In this document: one piece after another, positions 1 to 8,751 of the stretch | Layout: every line of letters begins with the position of its first letter | Numbering within the stretch: the first letter of the stretch is position 1 | From: Oscillospiraceae bacterium | GTDB lineage: Bacteria > Bacillota > Clostridia > Oscillospirales > Ruminococcaceae | Direction: 5' to 3' | DNA: 64,000 nucleotides | Assembly (NCBI GenBank): GCA_051882595.1 | Contig: JBJESD010000005.1 | Span: 2,369 to 66,368, forward strand | Program-made: the position numbers and the translations under genes | Notes under the pieces: model-generated | Databases searched by the model: none | The model's input: only the letters and a program-made list of their open reading frames with translations | Told to the model about the DNA's origin: nothing

Positions 1-1
1 G

Positions 2-1036
2 GAAATTATTAAGGTCGGATACATATTCAACGGCGACTGCAGTCTTGACAGCTATTCTGCGCAGGCAAACAGACAGCGCCTCGGAATTTCCGCCTATACC
101 AAAGTAGAATCCTGCTATATCGACAACGTAAGCATCACCGACTTTCCGGCGGCGGTTGACGTGCTTGTCGCAGACGGCTGCACCTATATAATCTCCGGAA
201 GCTGGCTGTACAACAATGCCGTCAGCAATGTCGCAGGCAAAAACATGAATATAAACTTCGTCAGCCACGGCGCGCGCATAAGAACAGTCAACGTCTACGC
301 ATACACCGAGCAGGTATACGAGGGCGCTTATGTAGCAGGTATGGCAGCTGCCTTTAACTCCAAAACGGAAAAGATCGGCATTGTTGTGGATCCCGATATG
401 CTCCATTCAAAGCCGGTGATCAATGCCGCCGCACTGGGAACGCAGCTGGTATTTGAAAACGCACAGACCGTCGTTGCCTTCGCTTCAAGCACTAACGAGA
501 TACACAAAGCGGCAGACGCGCTTGTCGCACAAAACTGCGATGTCATCATAAGCTATACCGAATCCGCCGAAACAGTCGACTACTGCAACTCCAAGGGAAT
601 AAAGGTTATCGGCTGCCTTGATTACAGCGAAAATGCCTCGGATTACGAAAACATGATCATGTACTTCCACGTCGACCACGACAGCTTTTATCTGGCGCAG
701 AGCAAGCTGATACAGCTCGGCACATGGGAGCCGCAGGCATATGTCGGCGACCTTTCAAACGGAGTTGTCTGCGTATCCGACGCACTTGAGGCTGCGGCGG
801 ACGGCACACAGCACATCATAGACAAGCTTGTTCCGAAAATAGCCTCCGGCGAGGCGTATATCTTCTCCGGCGAGCTTAAGAACACCGCCGACAACGTTAT
901 GGTGCAGCGCGGCAGCAGGCTGGAGCCTGCCGAAATATATGCCATGGAATGGTATGTCCGCGGCGTACAAACCCTTGACTCATTCATAGAGCCCAATATC
1001 GAGCTAGAAAACAGCGAAATGGTCATCAAGCGCTGA
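2..1036 (+). CDS. BMP-family (PnrA/Med-like) ABC-transporter substrate-binding protein, 5' end cut by the window edge
   Basis: The frame is open from position 2 (EIIKVGYIFNG...) through ORF 161..1036. The KVGYIF, GAYVAGMAAA and KIGIVV motifs are typical of the BMP/Med family. Confidence 0.75.
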   Translation, partial: EIIKVGYIFNGDCSLDSYSAQANRQRLGISAYTKVESCYIDNVSITDFPAAVDVLVADGCTYIISGSWLYNNAVSNVAGKNMNINFVSHGARIRTVNVYAYTEQVYEGAYVAGMAAAFNSKTEKIGIVVDPDMLHSKPVINAAALGTQLVFENAQTVVAFASSTNEIHKAADALVAQNCDVIISYTESAETVDYCNSKGIKVIGCLDYSENASDYENMIMYFHVDHDSFYLAQSKLIQLGTWEPQAYVGDLSNGVVCVSDALEAAADGTQHIIDKLVPKIASGEAYIFSGELKNTADNVMVQRGSRLEPAEIYAMEWYVRGVQTLDSFIEPNIELENSEMVIKR

Positions 1037-1165
1037 TTCACGGTATACTTGCAAAACTCCGCTTGCCGCAAAGACAGGCGGAGTTAATATATATGCGCAT
1101 TTCCCCGAGCTGACATAATACATATTTAAATATATAGCACAGTATCCGCACACGAAATCTCATGA

Positions 1166-1194
1166 TTGACAGCGAAAAGCTTTTGTGATACAAT
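1166..1194 (+). promoter_or_regulatory. sigma-A type promoter of the Sel1 / Zn-ribbon operon
   Basis: TTGACA (1166-1171), a 17-nt spacer, then TACAAT (1189-1194) preceded by TG (extended -10). Confidence 0.6.
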
Positions 1195-1238
1195 AATAAT
1201 GTATATTTGTACATATTAAATTGTGGGGAGGGCTGCCT

Positions 1239-2516
1239 ATGATATGCGGAAGATGCGAACGCGAATTCGACTATAATAAACAGGATTTTTGCAGCTACTG
1301 CAAAACAGTTCACACCGCCGAGGGCGAGCCCGTGCGCGATATCATCGGCGTAGTAAAGTACATAGCAGACCGCTTCGGCGCAGATGTCCTGCTTGACCGC
1401 AGAAAAACAGATTCCCTTGTCGCAGATATTTTCCCTAAAGAGAACGCTATCCGCAGACAGCTTTATGTCGCCCTCTACGATGGCTGCGCCAAAAAGCTTA
1501 TCGGTGTTCGGGGAAAACCGTTCGAGGTGCGCTGCGCAGCCGCCGCAAGGTGCGTCAAATCCCTGCGCGATGAGGTCGGACTTAAGGGCAAAAGCGCCGC
1601 GGATGCGGTTGAGGCTATCGGTCAGGCTCTCGGCTGCGAAATTGCTTTCAAGCGGCCGGCAGAAACTCCCGTTTCGCAAACCGAGTGCAAAAAGAACATC
1701 ACCGACCCCGCCGAGCAATACAGCCTCGGCAGACATTTCGACAGAATAAAAGCCTACGACAAGGCACTGTACTGGTTCGAGCAGTCCGCCCTGCAGGACT
1801 GCGGCGAGGCGCAATACTATGTCGGCTCGTACCGGCTGGAGGGCAGAGCCTGCAATCAGGATGTCGGGCAGTCGTGGGAATGGTTCCTGCGCGCGGCAGA
1901 AAACGGAGTGCCGGCAGCGCAATACATGACCGCCCAGTTCCTGGCAGAGGGCATCTCCTGCGAGCGGAACGAGGAGCAGGCATTCAAATGGTTCATGGAC
2001 GCAGCGCTTGCAGGCTTCGAGGACGCTATCAACGTCATTGCGCTGTGCTACGAAAACGGCGTGTATGTGTCAAAAAATGCGGAAATCGCCGCGAAATGGC
2101 GCGGCGGCTTCACTCCCGAGCAATACACAGAGGAAGAGGCAGAGCAGCCGCAGCCGCTCGTAAGCGACGGAGAGGAGCTGTATCAGAGCGCAAGGCGCTG
2201 CCTTTCGGAGCAGAACTATGAGGGCGCAGCGATGTTCTATAAGCGCGCTGCCGAAATGGGTCACGCAAGGGCGCAGTGCAGCTACGGCAAATGCCTGTAT
2301 CTCGGCAGCGGAACGGCAAAGAACCCTGCCGCAGCATTTGCATGGTTCGCAAAGGCAGCCGAGCAAAACCTCGATATTGCGCAGTATAACCTTGGCATAA
2401 TGTACCTTAAGGGAGTTTATGTCGAGAAAAACCGCGACGAGGCAAAGCGCTTCTTCGAGCTTGCCGCGCGCAACGGTCACCAAGAGGCTGAAAAAATACT
2501 GGCTAAGCTAAAATAA
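1239..2516 (+). CDS. Zn-ribbon plus Sel1-like (TPR-type) repeat protein
   Basis: The ATG at 1239 follows GGGGAGG. The N-terminus is CGRC...CSYC. Repeated A.Y.LG..Y..G.GV..N...A..WF..AA units are Sel1 repeats. Confidence 0.8.
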   Translation: MICGRCEREFDYNKQDFCSYCKTVHTAEGEPVRDIIGVVKYIADRFGADVLLDRRKTDSLVADIFPKENAIRRQLYVALYDGCAKKLIGVRGKPFEVRCAAAARCVKSLRDEVGLKGKSAADAVEAIGQALGCEIAFKRPAETPVSQTECKKNITDPAEQYSLGRHFDRIKAYDKALYWFEQSALQDCGEAQYYVGSYRLEGRACNQDVGQSWEWFLRAAENGVPAAQYMTAQFLAEGISCERNEEQAFKWFMDAALAGFEDAINVIALCYENGVYVSKNAEIAAKWRGGFTPEQYTEEEAEQPQPLVSDGEELYQSARRCLSEQNYEGAAMFYKRAAEMGHARAQCSYGKCLYLGSGTAKNPAAAFAWFAKAAEQNLDIAQYNLGIMYLKGVYVEKNRDEAKRFFELAARNGHQEAEKILAKLK

Positions 2517-2567
2517 GGCAGCACCGCAGGAATTATGCAGTTTTGCCGAAATACGGAGGAATATGAA

Positions 2568-2921
2568 ATGTTGACAGCAGCAGTTATCTTAACAAAATGC
2601 AGACAGGAGCACAAGCTTTTCGGTATCCGCACCGAGCAGCGCGATGACGGCGCCTGGTACGCAACATGGGCATTCAAAGTATCCGAGGATACCGCACAGC
2701 GTGAAAAGTTCGGCGACACCAAGATAAGCGGAAACATCTATGTTACCACAGAATACCCGACCTGCCCCTACTGCGGCGGCAAGGGCTTCTTCCAGTGCGC
2801 AGACTGCGGCAAAACAACCTGCTGGAACGGTGAAAACGAAACAGTATGCGAATGGTGCGGCAACTCCGCCGAAACCGCCGCAGAGGAAAAGTTCGACTCC
2901 ATCACCGGCGGCGGCTTCTGA
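2568..2921 (+). CDS. Small multi-Cys Zn-ribbon protein (TerY-C-like metal-binding domain, tentative)
   Basis: GGAGG lies 8 nt before the ATG at 2568. The C-terminus is CPYCGGKGFFQCADCGKTTCW...CEWCG. It is co-directional with the Sel1 gene and 51 nt downstream of it. Confidence 0.6.
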   Translation: MLTAAVILTKCRQEHKLFGIRTEQRDDGAWYATWAFKVSEDTAQREKFGDTKISGNIYVTTEYPTCPYCGGKGFFQCADCGKTTCWNGENETVCEWCGNSAETAAEEKFDSITGGGF

Positions 2922-2948
2922 TTTGTTCATATTGTCCAATCATACAAC

Positions 2949-2986
2949 AATAAGCCTGAAGATAATATCTCGGGCTTATTTTTTGT
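2949..2986 (+). terminator. rho-independent terminator
   Basis: AATAAGCCTG...CGGGCTTATT stem followed by TTTTTTG. Confidence 0.6.
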
Positions 2987-3218
2987 GCAATTCATAAGTA
3001 TTTCATTCAAGGTAATCCCTGCAAATCAAATAATATATCCTATGATATGACGAAAAATACTGATTTTGGAAGATGTTAAGTTGAAAACTCCTAGATATGT
3101 TGAATATTTTGTTGAAAGTTTTTTGTTTAATTTAGACAATCCTAATAATAATACTTGATTAATTATTCTGCAAAAAACAGAAAATCATCCCGTATAATCA
3201 CAAAATCCGAAAATTGTG

Positions 3219-3247
3219 TTGACGAAAAAAATGTTTTTGGATATACT
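3219..3247 (+). promoter_or_regulatory. sigma-A type promoter of ptsH
   Basis: TTGACG, a 17-nt spacer, then TATACT. Confidence 0.55.
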
Positions 3248-3359
3248 ATAAGCAAGAGATTAAACAGCGTCCCGCTGTTGTCTTGATGGTATTAGAGACA
3301 GAAGCAAAGAAGTAATTCGGTACAGGCAATAATATTTTATCATACGGAGGATTTTTACC

Positions 3360-3623
3360 ATGTGCATGAAAGACATCGAAGTTAAAAACCAGGTTGGTCT
3401 GCACGCTAGACCCGCAACTTTCTTCATCCAGAAGGCTAATGAATTCAAGTCTTCTATCTGGGTTGAGAAGGAAGAGCGCAGAGTAAACGCAAAGAGCCTT
3501 CTCGGTATCCTTTCTCTCGGCATTGTTGGCGGCGCAAAGATTCGCATCATCGCTGACGGCAGCGACGAGCAGCTTGCTGTTGACGGTCTTGTTAAGCTTG
3601 TTGAGAGCGGTTTTGCTGAGTAA
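3360..3623 (+). CDS. ptsH: Phosphocarrier protein HPr
   Basis: The GLHARPA (His15) and KSLLGILSLG (Ser46) signatures are present, the length is 87 aa, and GGAGG lies upstream. Confidence 0.95.
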   Translation: MCMKDIEVKNQVGLHARPATFFIQKANEFKSSIWVEKEERRVNAKSLLGILSLGIVGGAKIRIIADGSDEQLAVDGLVKLVESGFAE

Positions 3624-3729
3624 TCCGGCACTGATTGGTTTTTTTATGTAATTTTACCGCATAGTGCGGTCGGCAGGGCAGAAATCGGCTTTTGGTCGGG
3701 TTTCTGCCCGTTTGTTTTTCGGAGGGACT

Positions 3730-4428
3730 ATGAGAAAGCTTCTTATCGCAGCTGCCGCCGCAGTTGTGATGCTTATGAGCGGCTGCGCACAGCTGCCGGA
3801 TGGTTATAAGCAGGTAAAAGCCGCCAAGGAGAAATACGAAACGCTGGACAGCGCCACAACAACAATGACCGATCTTGTGACCGGCGAAAAAATAATGGAG
3901 TTCAGCTTCTTCTTCACCCAAAAGGATGAAATGGTGCTGTACTATTACGGCAAGGACGGCGACGATGAGATGTATGCGTACAGCAACGGAGCCGAGTACT
4001 TTTATAAAGAGCCGGACGCAGAAAAATGGAAGGTCATAGGCTCTGACGATGAGAATTATCTGTATAATCTGTACAACAGGAAATACCGCTATCCCTATGC
4101 CGAGGGAGGGATATTCTTCCTCGACGGAACCTCGGTCAATTCGGCGCGCGTGACCGAGAACGGCGACGGCTCGCTCTCTGTCAGCTACGAATACAACGCA
4201 GATAAGCTCAACAAGTCCACAAAGGGCATCCTTGATAATGTCAGCGAGTTTTCATCGCTCGAAACCGTGTTCGAGATAAACCCGGAGGGTTACATCACGG
4301 AGTATACCCAGACCGCTGTTGTCACGGATAATTCCGGAACGCTGCGCGATATCAACGTGCGTATCAATGTAGACAATATGAATAACGTTTTCGACCTCCC
4401 GTATCCCGTGGACGCGCTGGAAAAATAG
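3730..4428 (+). CDS. Lipoprotein of unknown function
   Basis: GGAGGG RBS. The signal peptide MRKLLIAAAAAVVMLMSGC carries a lipobox (LMSGC). Confidence 0.7.
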   Translation: MRKLLIAAAAAVVMLMSGCAQLPDGYKQVKAAKEKYETLDSATTTMTDLVTGEKIMEFSFFFTQKDEMVLYYYGKDGDDEMYAYSNGAEYFYKEPDAEKWKVIGSDDENYLYNLYNRKYRYPYAEGGIFFLDGTSVNSARVTENGDGSLSVSYEYNADKLNKSTKGILDNVSEFSSLETVFEINPEGYITEYTQTAVVTDNSGTLRDINVRINVDNMNNVFDLPYPVDALEK

Positions 4429-4554
4429 CACTCTGCACGTTTTTTCCGAAAATCGGTTTACAGAGTTTACTTTATAAATAGCTTGTCCGATTGTCAAATG
4501 ATACAGTTTTGCAACGGAAAATATGTGAATGTTGTCTGAAAAAATCTCCAAATA

Positions 4555-4592
4555 GTTACAAAACGGTTACAAAAGGTTGCAAAACGGTTACA
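4555..4592 (-). promoter_or_regulatory. Four WalR-type hexamers in direct repeat (TGTAAC-N5-TGCAAC-N4-TGTAAC-N5-TGTAAC on the minus strand)
   Basis: On the top strand the hexamers are GTTACA 4555, GTTACA 4566, GTTGCA 4576 and GTTACA 4587. This matches TGTWAH-N5-TGTWAH and lies upstream of, and overlapping, the -35 of the M23 peptidase promoter. Confidence 0.5.
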
Positions 4593-4605
4593 AAAATGTT
4601 ATACT
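4577..4605 (+). promoter_or_regulatory. sigma-A type promoter of the M23 peptidase gene
   Basis: TTGCAA, a 17-nt spacer, then TATACT with an upstream TG. Confidence 0.55.
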
Positions 4606-4690
4606 TCAATTAATAAGATTAAGGCAACCGTCACAAAATTTGCCTCATTTAATTCGGTTATCAGAAGAAATAAAAATGTTAGGAGGAAAC

Positions 4691-6442
4691 ATGGTTTCCA
4701 ACAAAACAATATCAAATACATCCGCAGAAGCGGCACAAAGCCCGGCAGGCAAGCTATACAACGGCTTATATAGTTTCGGCGAATATATCTTTTCCGTTAT
4801 CCTGAGCTTTTTCTCTGCTGTGAAAAGCGCTTTTCTGGATTTCATGGACCGCAACGAGCACAGACTTGCCGCTGCCGCCAAATGGTTCAGAAAGCTCGGA
4901 AGAAAGCTGATTCATCCGTTCTCGCGCCACCACAAGGCAACCAAAATGAGCCTTGCGGAAATAAAAAAGACGCGAGAGGAACACGGATTTCTCAAGGCTT
5001 TTCTCGAAACACTTGCTATGTTCGGCAGGTTTGTATTCGGAAAGCACGGCATCGCATATTCGCTGTTCAATTACGCGCTGCCCATAATCAGCATGGTAAT
5101 GCTGTTCAATATAGTATCCTACGCAAACAGCATGACATATACGCTAAAGCTTTACGTCAACGATGAGTTTATGGGGTATGTCAGCAGCGAAACGGTATTC
5201 ACCGACGCCGAAAGAATCGTTCAGCAGCGTATCAATTACATGGACAGCAATACCGAACCGGTTTCGTTCGAGGCTACCTATCAGCTCGAAAACGTGGAAA
5301 ACAACTATACCATGACAAAATATCAGCTTGCGGACAAGCTGCTTATTTCTTTGGGTGCCGAAATAGAACGCGCTTACGGAATGTACATCGGCAACTCGTT
5401 CTACGGCGCTCTGGTGGATAAAACCCCGATCGAGAACACGCTTGAGGAACTGCTCGACCAATACCGCACCGGCGCAAGAAACGAAACTGTCGCGTTTGAG
5501 AATATCATCACATACGAGCCGGGAATGTATCTGTCCGAAAGTATAGTAGATCCGGAGTCTATCATCAGTATCATCACATCCAAAAAGTCCGTTGCTGTTA
5601 CGTATACTGCGGTTGAGGGCGATTCTCCGTTAGCCATAGCAGATAAACTTGATATGTCCATCAGCGAGATCGCCGCACTTAATCCCGGCTTTTCCGAGGA
5701 TACTGAAGTATTCATCGGCAGTACGTTCCTCATACAGCAGGAAGAGCCATTCCTTGCAGTCACCGTAACGCGCACCGAGGTATATACCGAGCCGACCGAT
5801 TACGACGTAGAGTACTATGACGACAGCACGAAATATCAGGGCTCATCCGTTATCGTGCAGGACGGCGAATACGGAAAGGACCGAATCACCGCCGATGTAT
5901 CCTACATCAACGGCATTGAGGTCAGAAGAAAGATAATCAGCCGAACAACGATCGAAGCACCCATACCGAAGATAGTGGCAAACGGAACAAAACCGCCGCC
6001 CCCTAACGCAAGCATTTCCACTGTCGAAGTGGGCAAGATGCTCTGGCCTGTCGGCGGCAGCGGAGGACTGATAAGCGAGCTCCCCTACGGCTACGGCGGA
6101 TATTACGCGCATTCGGGCATTGATATCGCGGCAGACTACGGCACTCCGATATATGCCGCAGATAACGGTACCGTTATCCTGGCAAGGTGGTACGGCGACT
6201 ATGGAAACTGCGTAATGATAGAGCACGACAACGGCATTGTAACCGTGTACGCTCATGCAAGCTATCTCCATGTTTACGAGGGACAGCGCGTAACCCAGGG
6301 CGAGGCAATAGCAGATGTCGGCTCGACAGGACGCTCCACCGGCAACCATCTCCATTTCGAGGTGCGTATCAACGGAGTATGTATGTATCCGCTTAATTAC
6401 CTGCCCGAGCACGCATTTGCATCGTGGTGCGTTCGCTGGTAA
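4691..6442 (+). CDS. Membrane-anchored LysM + G5 + M23 peptidoglycan endopeptidase
   Basis: AGGAGG precedes the ATG at 4691. LysM is seen in YTAVEGDSPLAIADKL...ALNP. A G5-like segment follows. The M23 motifs are HSGIDIAA...GNHLHFEV. Confidence 0.9.
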   Translation: MVSNKTISNTSAEAAQSPAGKLYNGLYSFGEYIFSVILSFFSAVKSAFLDFMDRNEHRLAAAAKWFRKLGRKLIHPFSRHHKATKMSLAEIKKTREEHGFLKAFLETLAMFGRFVFGKHGIAYSLFNYALPIISMVMLFNIVSYANSMTYTLKLYVNDEFMGYVSSETVFTDAERIVQQRINYMDSNTEPVSFEATYQLENVENNYTMTKYQLADKLLISLGAEIERAYGMYIGNSFYGALVDKTPIENTLEELLDQYRTGARNETVAFENIITYEPGMYLSESIVDPESIISIITSKKSVAVTYTAVEGDSPLAIADKLDMSISEIAALNPGFSEDTEVFIGSTFLIQQEEPFLAVTVTRTEVYTEPTDYDVEYYDDSTKYQGSSVIVQDGEYGKDRITADVSYINGIEVRRKIISRTTIEAPIPKIVANGTKPPPPNASISTVEVGKMLWPVGGSGGLISELPYGYGGYYAHSGIDIAADYGTPIYAADNGTVILARWYGDYGNCVMIEHDNGIVTVYAHASYLHVYEGQRVTQGEAIADVGSTGRSTGNHLHFEVRINGVCMYPLNYLPEHAFASWCVRW

Positions 6443-6490
6443 TAAGTTCATTATATCATCACATCATCAGCGCTGAAATTATTCAGCGCT

Positions 6491-6618
6491 CAGACTGGCG
6501 ATAAACCGCCATCTGCGGTGTCAGCGCCGCTGCGACAGCCACAAAGGCTAGTCGCAGCGGCGCTTCCTAGCATCTGACGATTTCTCAACAGTCTGATATT
6601 TGACTTTTTCGACAAGCT
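6491..6618 (+). mobile_element. 128-bp TIR element, copy A (MITE-like), flanked by a duplicated terminator hairpin
   Basis: CAGACTGGCGATAAACC...CTTTTTCGACAAGCT. The flanking hairpins are CAGCGCTGAAATTATTCAGCGCT (6468-6490) and CAGTGCTGAAATGATTCAGCGCTG (6619-6642). Confidence 0.8.
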
Positions 6619-6715
6619 CAGTGCTGAAATGATTCAGCGCTGGGCTTGTCGTTTTCTCGACATACGCCAAAAAGCACATATTGCAAAAGAAAAAATTTAT
6701 TTCCTGTATTTGCGC

Positions 6716-6744
6716 TTGACTTATTGCAAATTATCATGTATAAT
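6716..6744 (+). promoter_or_regulatory. sigma-A type promoter of pckG
   Basis: TTGACT, a 17-nt spacer, then TATAAT with an upstream TG. Confidence 0.6.
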
Positions 6745-6848
6745 GTTATATGTGGAGAATGTTACATAACGCGAACATTCGATTGACAGTTTTTTCACAA
6801 GGCGTTATGTACTTCAGATACCAATAAAAACATAAGGAGATAATAATC

Positions 6849-8684
6849 ATGGCTTTAACAAAAAACCCTAACATTATCAAGTGGGTTGACGAAATGATCG
6901 CCCTCACAAAGCCCGATTCCGTAGTTTGGATCGATGGCTCCAAAGAGCAGCTCGACAAGCTGACAGAAGAGGTTTGCTCGCTCCCTGCGGACAGCAAGGA
7001 TATCATGTACCGCCTGAATCAGGAGAAGCTCCCCGGCTGTCTGTACCATAGAACCCTGCCCAACGACGTTGCGCGCGTTGAGGACAGAACCTTTATCTGC
7101 TCCAGAGAAAAGGAAAATGCAGGTCCCACAAACAACTGGATGGATCCCAAGGAGATGTACGCAAAGCTTACTCCCCTTTACGACGGTGTAATGAAGGGCA
7201 GAACAATGTATGTTATCCCCTATTCTATGGGTCCTATCGGCTCCCCTATCGCAAAGGTAGGCGTTGAGATCACAGACTCTATCTACGTTGTACTCAACAT
7301 GAATATCATGACAAGAATGGGCAAGGCTGTTCTCGACAGCTTCGGTGAGGAGTCCAACGACTTCGTTCGCTGCCTGCACTCCAAGGCTGATGTTGATCCC
7401 GAGAAGAGATACATCGTACAGTTCCCCGAGGACAACGCTATCTGGTCCGTTAACTCTGCTTACGGCGGAAACGTTCTGCTGGGCAAAAAGTGCTTCGCAC
7501 TGCGTATAGCTTCCTATCAGGGCTGGAAGGAAGGCTGGATGGCAGAGCATATGCTTATCCTCGGCGTTCAGAAGCCCGACGGTGATGTAAAGTATATCAC
7601 AGCTGCATTCCCCTCTGCCTGCGGCAAGACAAACCTCGCTATGCTTATCCCCCCTGCCTGCTACACAGAAAAAGGCTACAAGGTGTTTACAGTCGGCGAT
7701 GATATCGCATGGATGAAGCCCGGCGAGGACGGCAGACTGTACGCTATCAACCCCGAGAACGGCTTCTTCGGCGTTGCTCCCGGTACAAATGCAAAGTCCA
7801 ACTTCAATGCGCTCGAGTGCACAAAGAAGGACGCTATCTTTACAAACGTAGCTATCAACAACGACGATATGACAGTTTGGTGGGAAGGTCTTGACAAGAA
7901 TCCTCCCGTTAACGCTACCGAGTGGAAGGGCGAAAAGGTCAACGGCGTAGAGTTCACCTCCGTTATCGCTGCCGACGGCAAGCCCCAGAAGCTGGCTCAC
8001 CCCAACTCCAGATTTACTGCACCGGCAAGAAACTGCCCCTGCCTGTCTCCCGAGTTCGACAACCCCAAGGGTGTTCCCGTTTCCGCTATCGTATTCGGCG
8101 GCAGACGTGCTTCCACAACTCCTCTGGTATACCAGTCCTTTGACTGGACGCACGGCACATATATCGGCTCTGCCGTTTCCTCCGAAACAACAGCTGCCGC
8201 AACAGGTGCAGTAGGCGTGCTCCGTCACGATCCTATGGCTATGAAGCCCTTTATCGGCTATAACGTTGGCGATTACTGGGCACACTGGATCGAAATGGGC
8301 AAGAAGCTCGGCGACAAGGCTCCCAAGATCTTCAATGTAAACTGGTTCAAGCAGGACGAGAACGGCAACTTCATCTGGCCCGGCTTCGGCGACAATATGC
8401 GTGTACTCGACTGGATCATCAAGAGATGCGAGGGTACTGTTGACGCAGTAGAAACAGCTATCGGCTACCTCCCCAAGAAGGGAGACATCAACCTCGAGGG
8501 TATCGAGGACCAGATCACTCCCGAGATCGAGGACAAGCTGCTTGCAGTTGACACTGACCTGTGGAAGAAAGAGATCGCTGAAATGCGCCGCTACTACAAG
8601 GATGATATCGCTGCTAACGGCGGTAAGATTCCTGCTGAGCTTTGGGCAGAGCTTGACAAGCTTGAAGCAAGACTCAACAAGTAA
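6849..8684 (+). CDS. pckG: Phosphoenolpyruvate carboxykinase (GTP)
   Basis: 611 aa with a GTP-PEPCK architecture. The kinase-1a motif is FPSACGKTN and the N-terminus is typical (W.D.....KP..V.W.DGS). Confidence 0.95.
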   Translation: MALTKNPNIIKWVDEMIALTKPDSVVWIDGSKEQLDKLTEEVCSLPADSKDIMYRLNQEKLPGCLYHRTLPNDVARVEDRTFICSREKENAGPTNNWMDPKEMYAKLTPLYDGVMKGRTMYVIPYSMGPIGSPIAKVGVEITDSIYVVLNMNIMTRMGKAVLDSFGEESNDFVRCLHSKADVDPEKRYIVQFPEDNAIWSVNSAYGGNVLLGKKCFALRIASYQGWKEGWMAEHMLILGVQKPDGDVKYITAAFPSACGKTNLAMLIPPACYTEKGYKVFTVGDDIAWMKPGEDGRLYAINPENGFFGVAPGTNAKSNFNALECTKKDAIFTNVAINNDDMTVWWEGLDKNPPVNATEWKGEKVNGVEFTSVIAADGKPQKLAHPNSRFTAPARNCPCLSPEFDNPKGVPVSAIVFGGRRASTTPLVYQSFDWTHGTYIGSAVSSETTAAATGAVGVLRHDPMAMKPFIGYNVGDYWAHWIEMGKKLGDKAPKIFNVNWFKQDENGNFIWPGFGDNMRVLDWIIKRCEGTVDAVETAIGYLPKKGDINLEGIEDQITPEIEDKLLAVDTDLWKKEIAEMRRYYKDDIAANGGKIPAELWAELDKLEARLNK

Positions 8685-8713
8685 GCTGACGCTGATTAAT
8701 ACAGCATAATAAC

Positions 8714-8751
8714 AGCCGCCGTACCACGACCCGGTACGGCGGCTTTGTGTT
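8714..8751 (+). terminator. rho-independent terminator of pckG
   Basis: AGCCGCCGTACC / GGTACGGCGGCT 12-bp stem followed by TTGTGTT. Confidence 0.7.

Noticed and set aside
3664-3729. N-terminal extensions implied by the ORF track: 3664 for the lipoprotein, 4577 for M23, 13353 for EAL2, 19822 for the DGC, 29259..30527 for PucR, 30663 for metG, 50055 for AraC, 56960 for ABC subunit 2, 38390..39322 for Abi_2
   Set aside because: In each case an internal ATG preceded by a canonical GGAGG-type RBS at 6-10 nt gives an N-terminus typical of the family (signal peptide, P-loop and so on). The upstream extension overlaps promoters or terminators.
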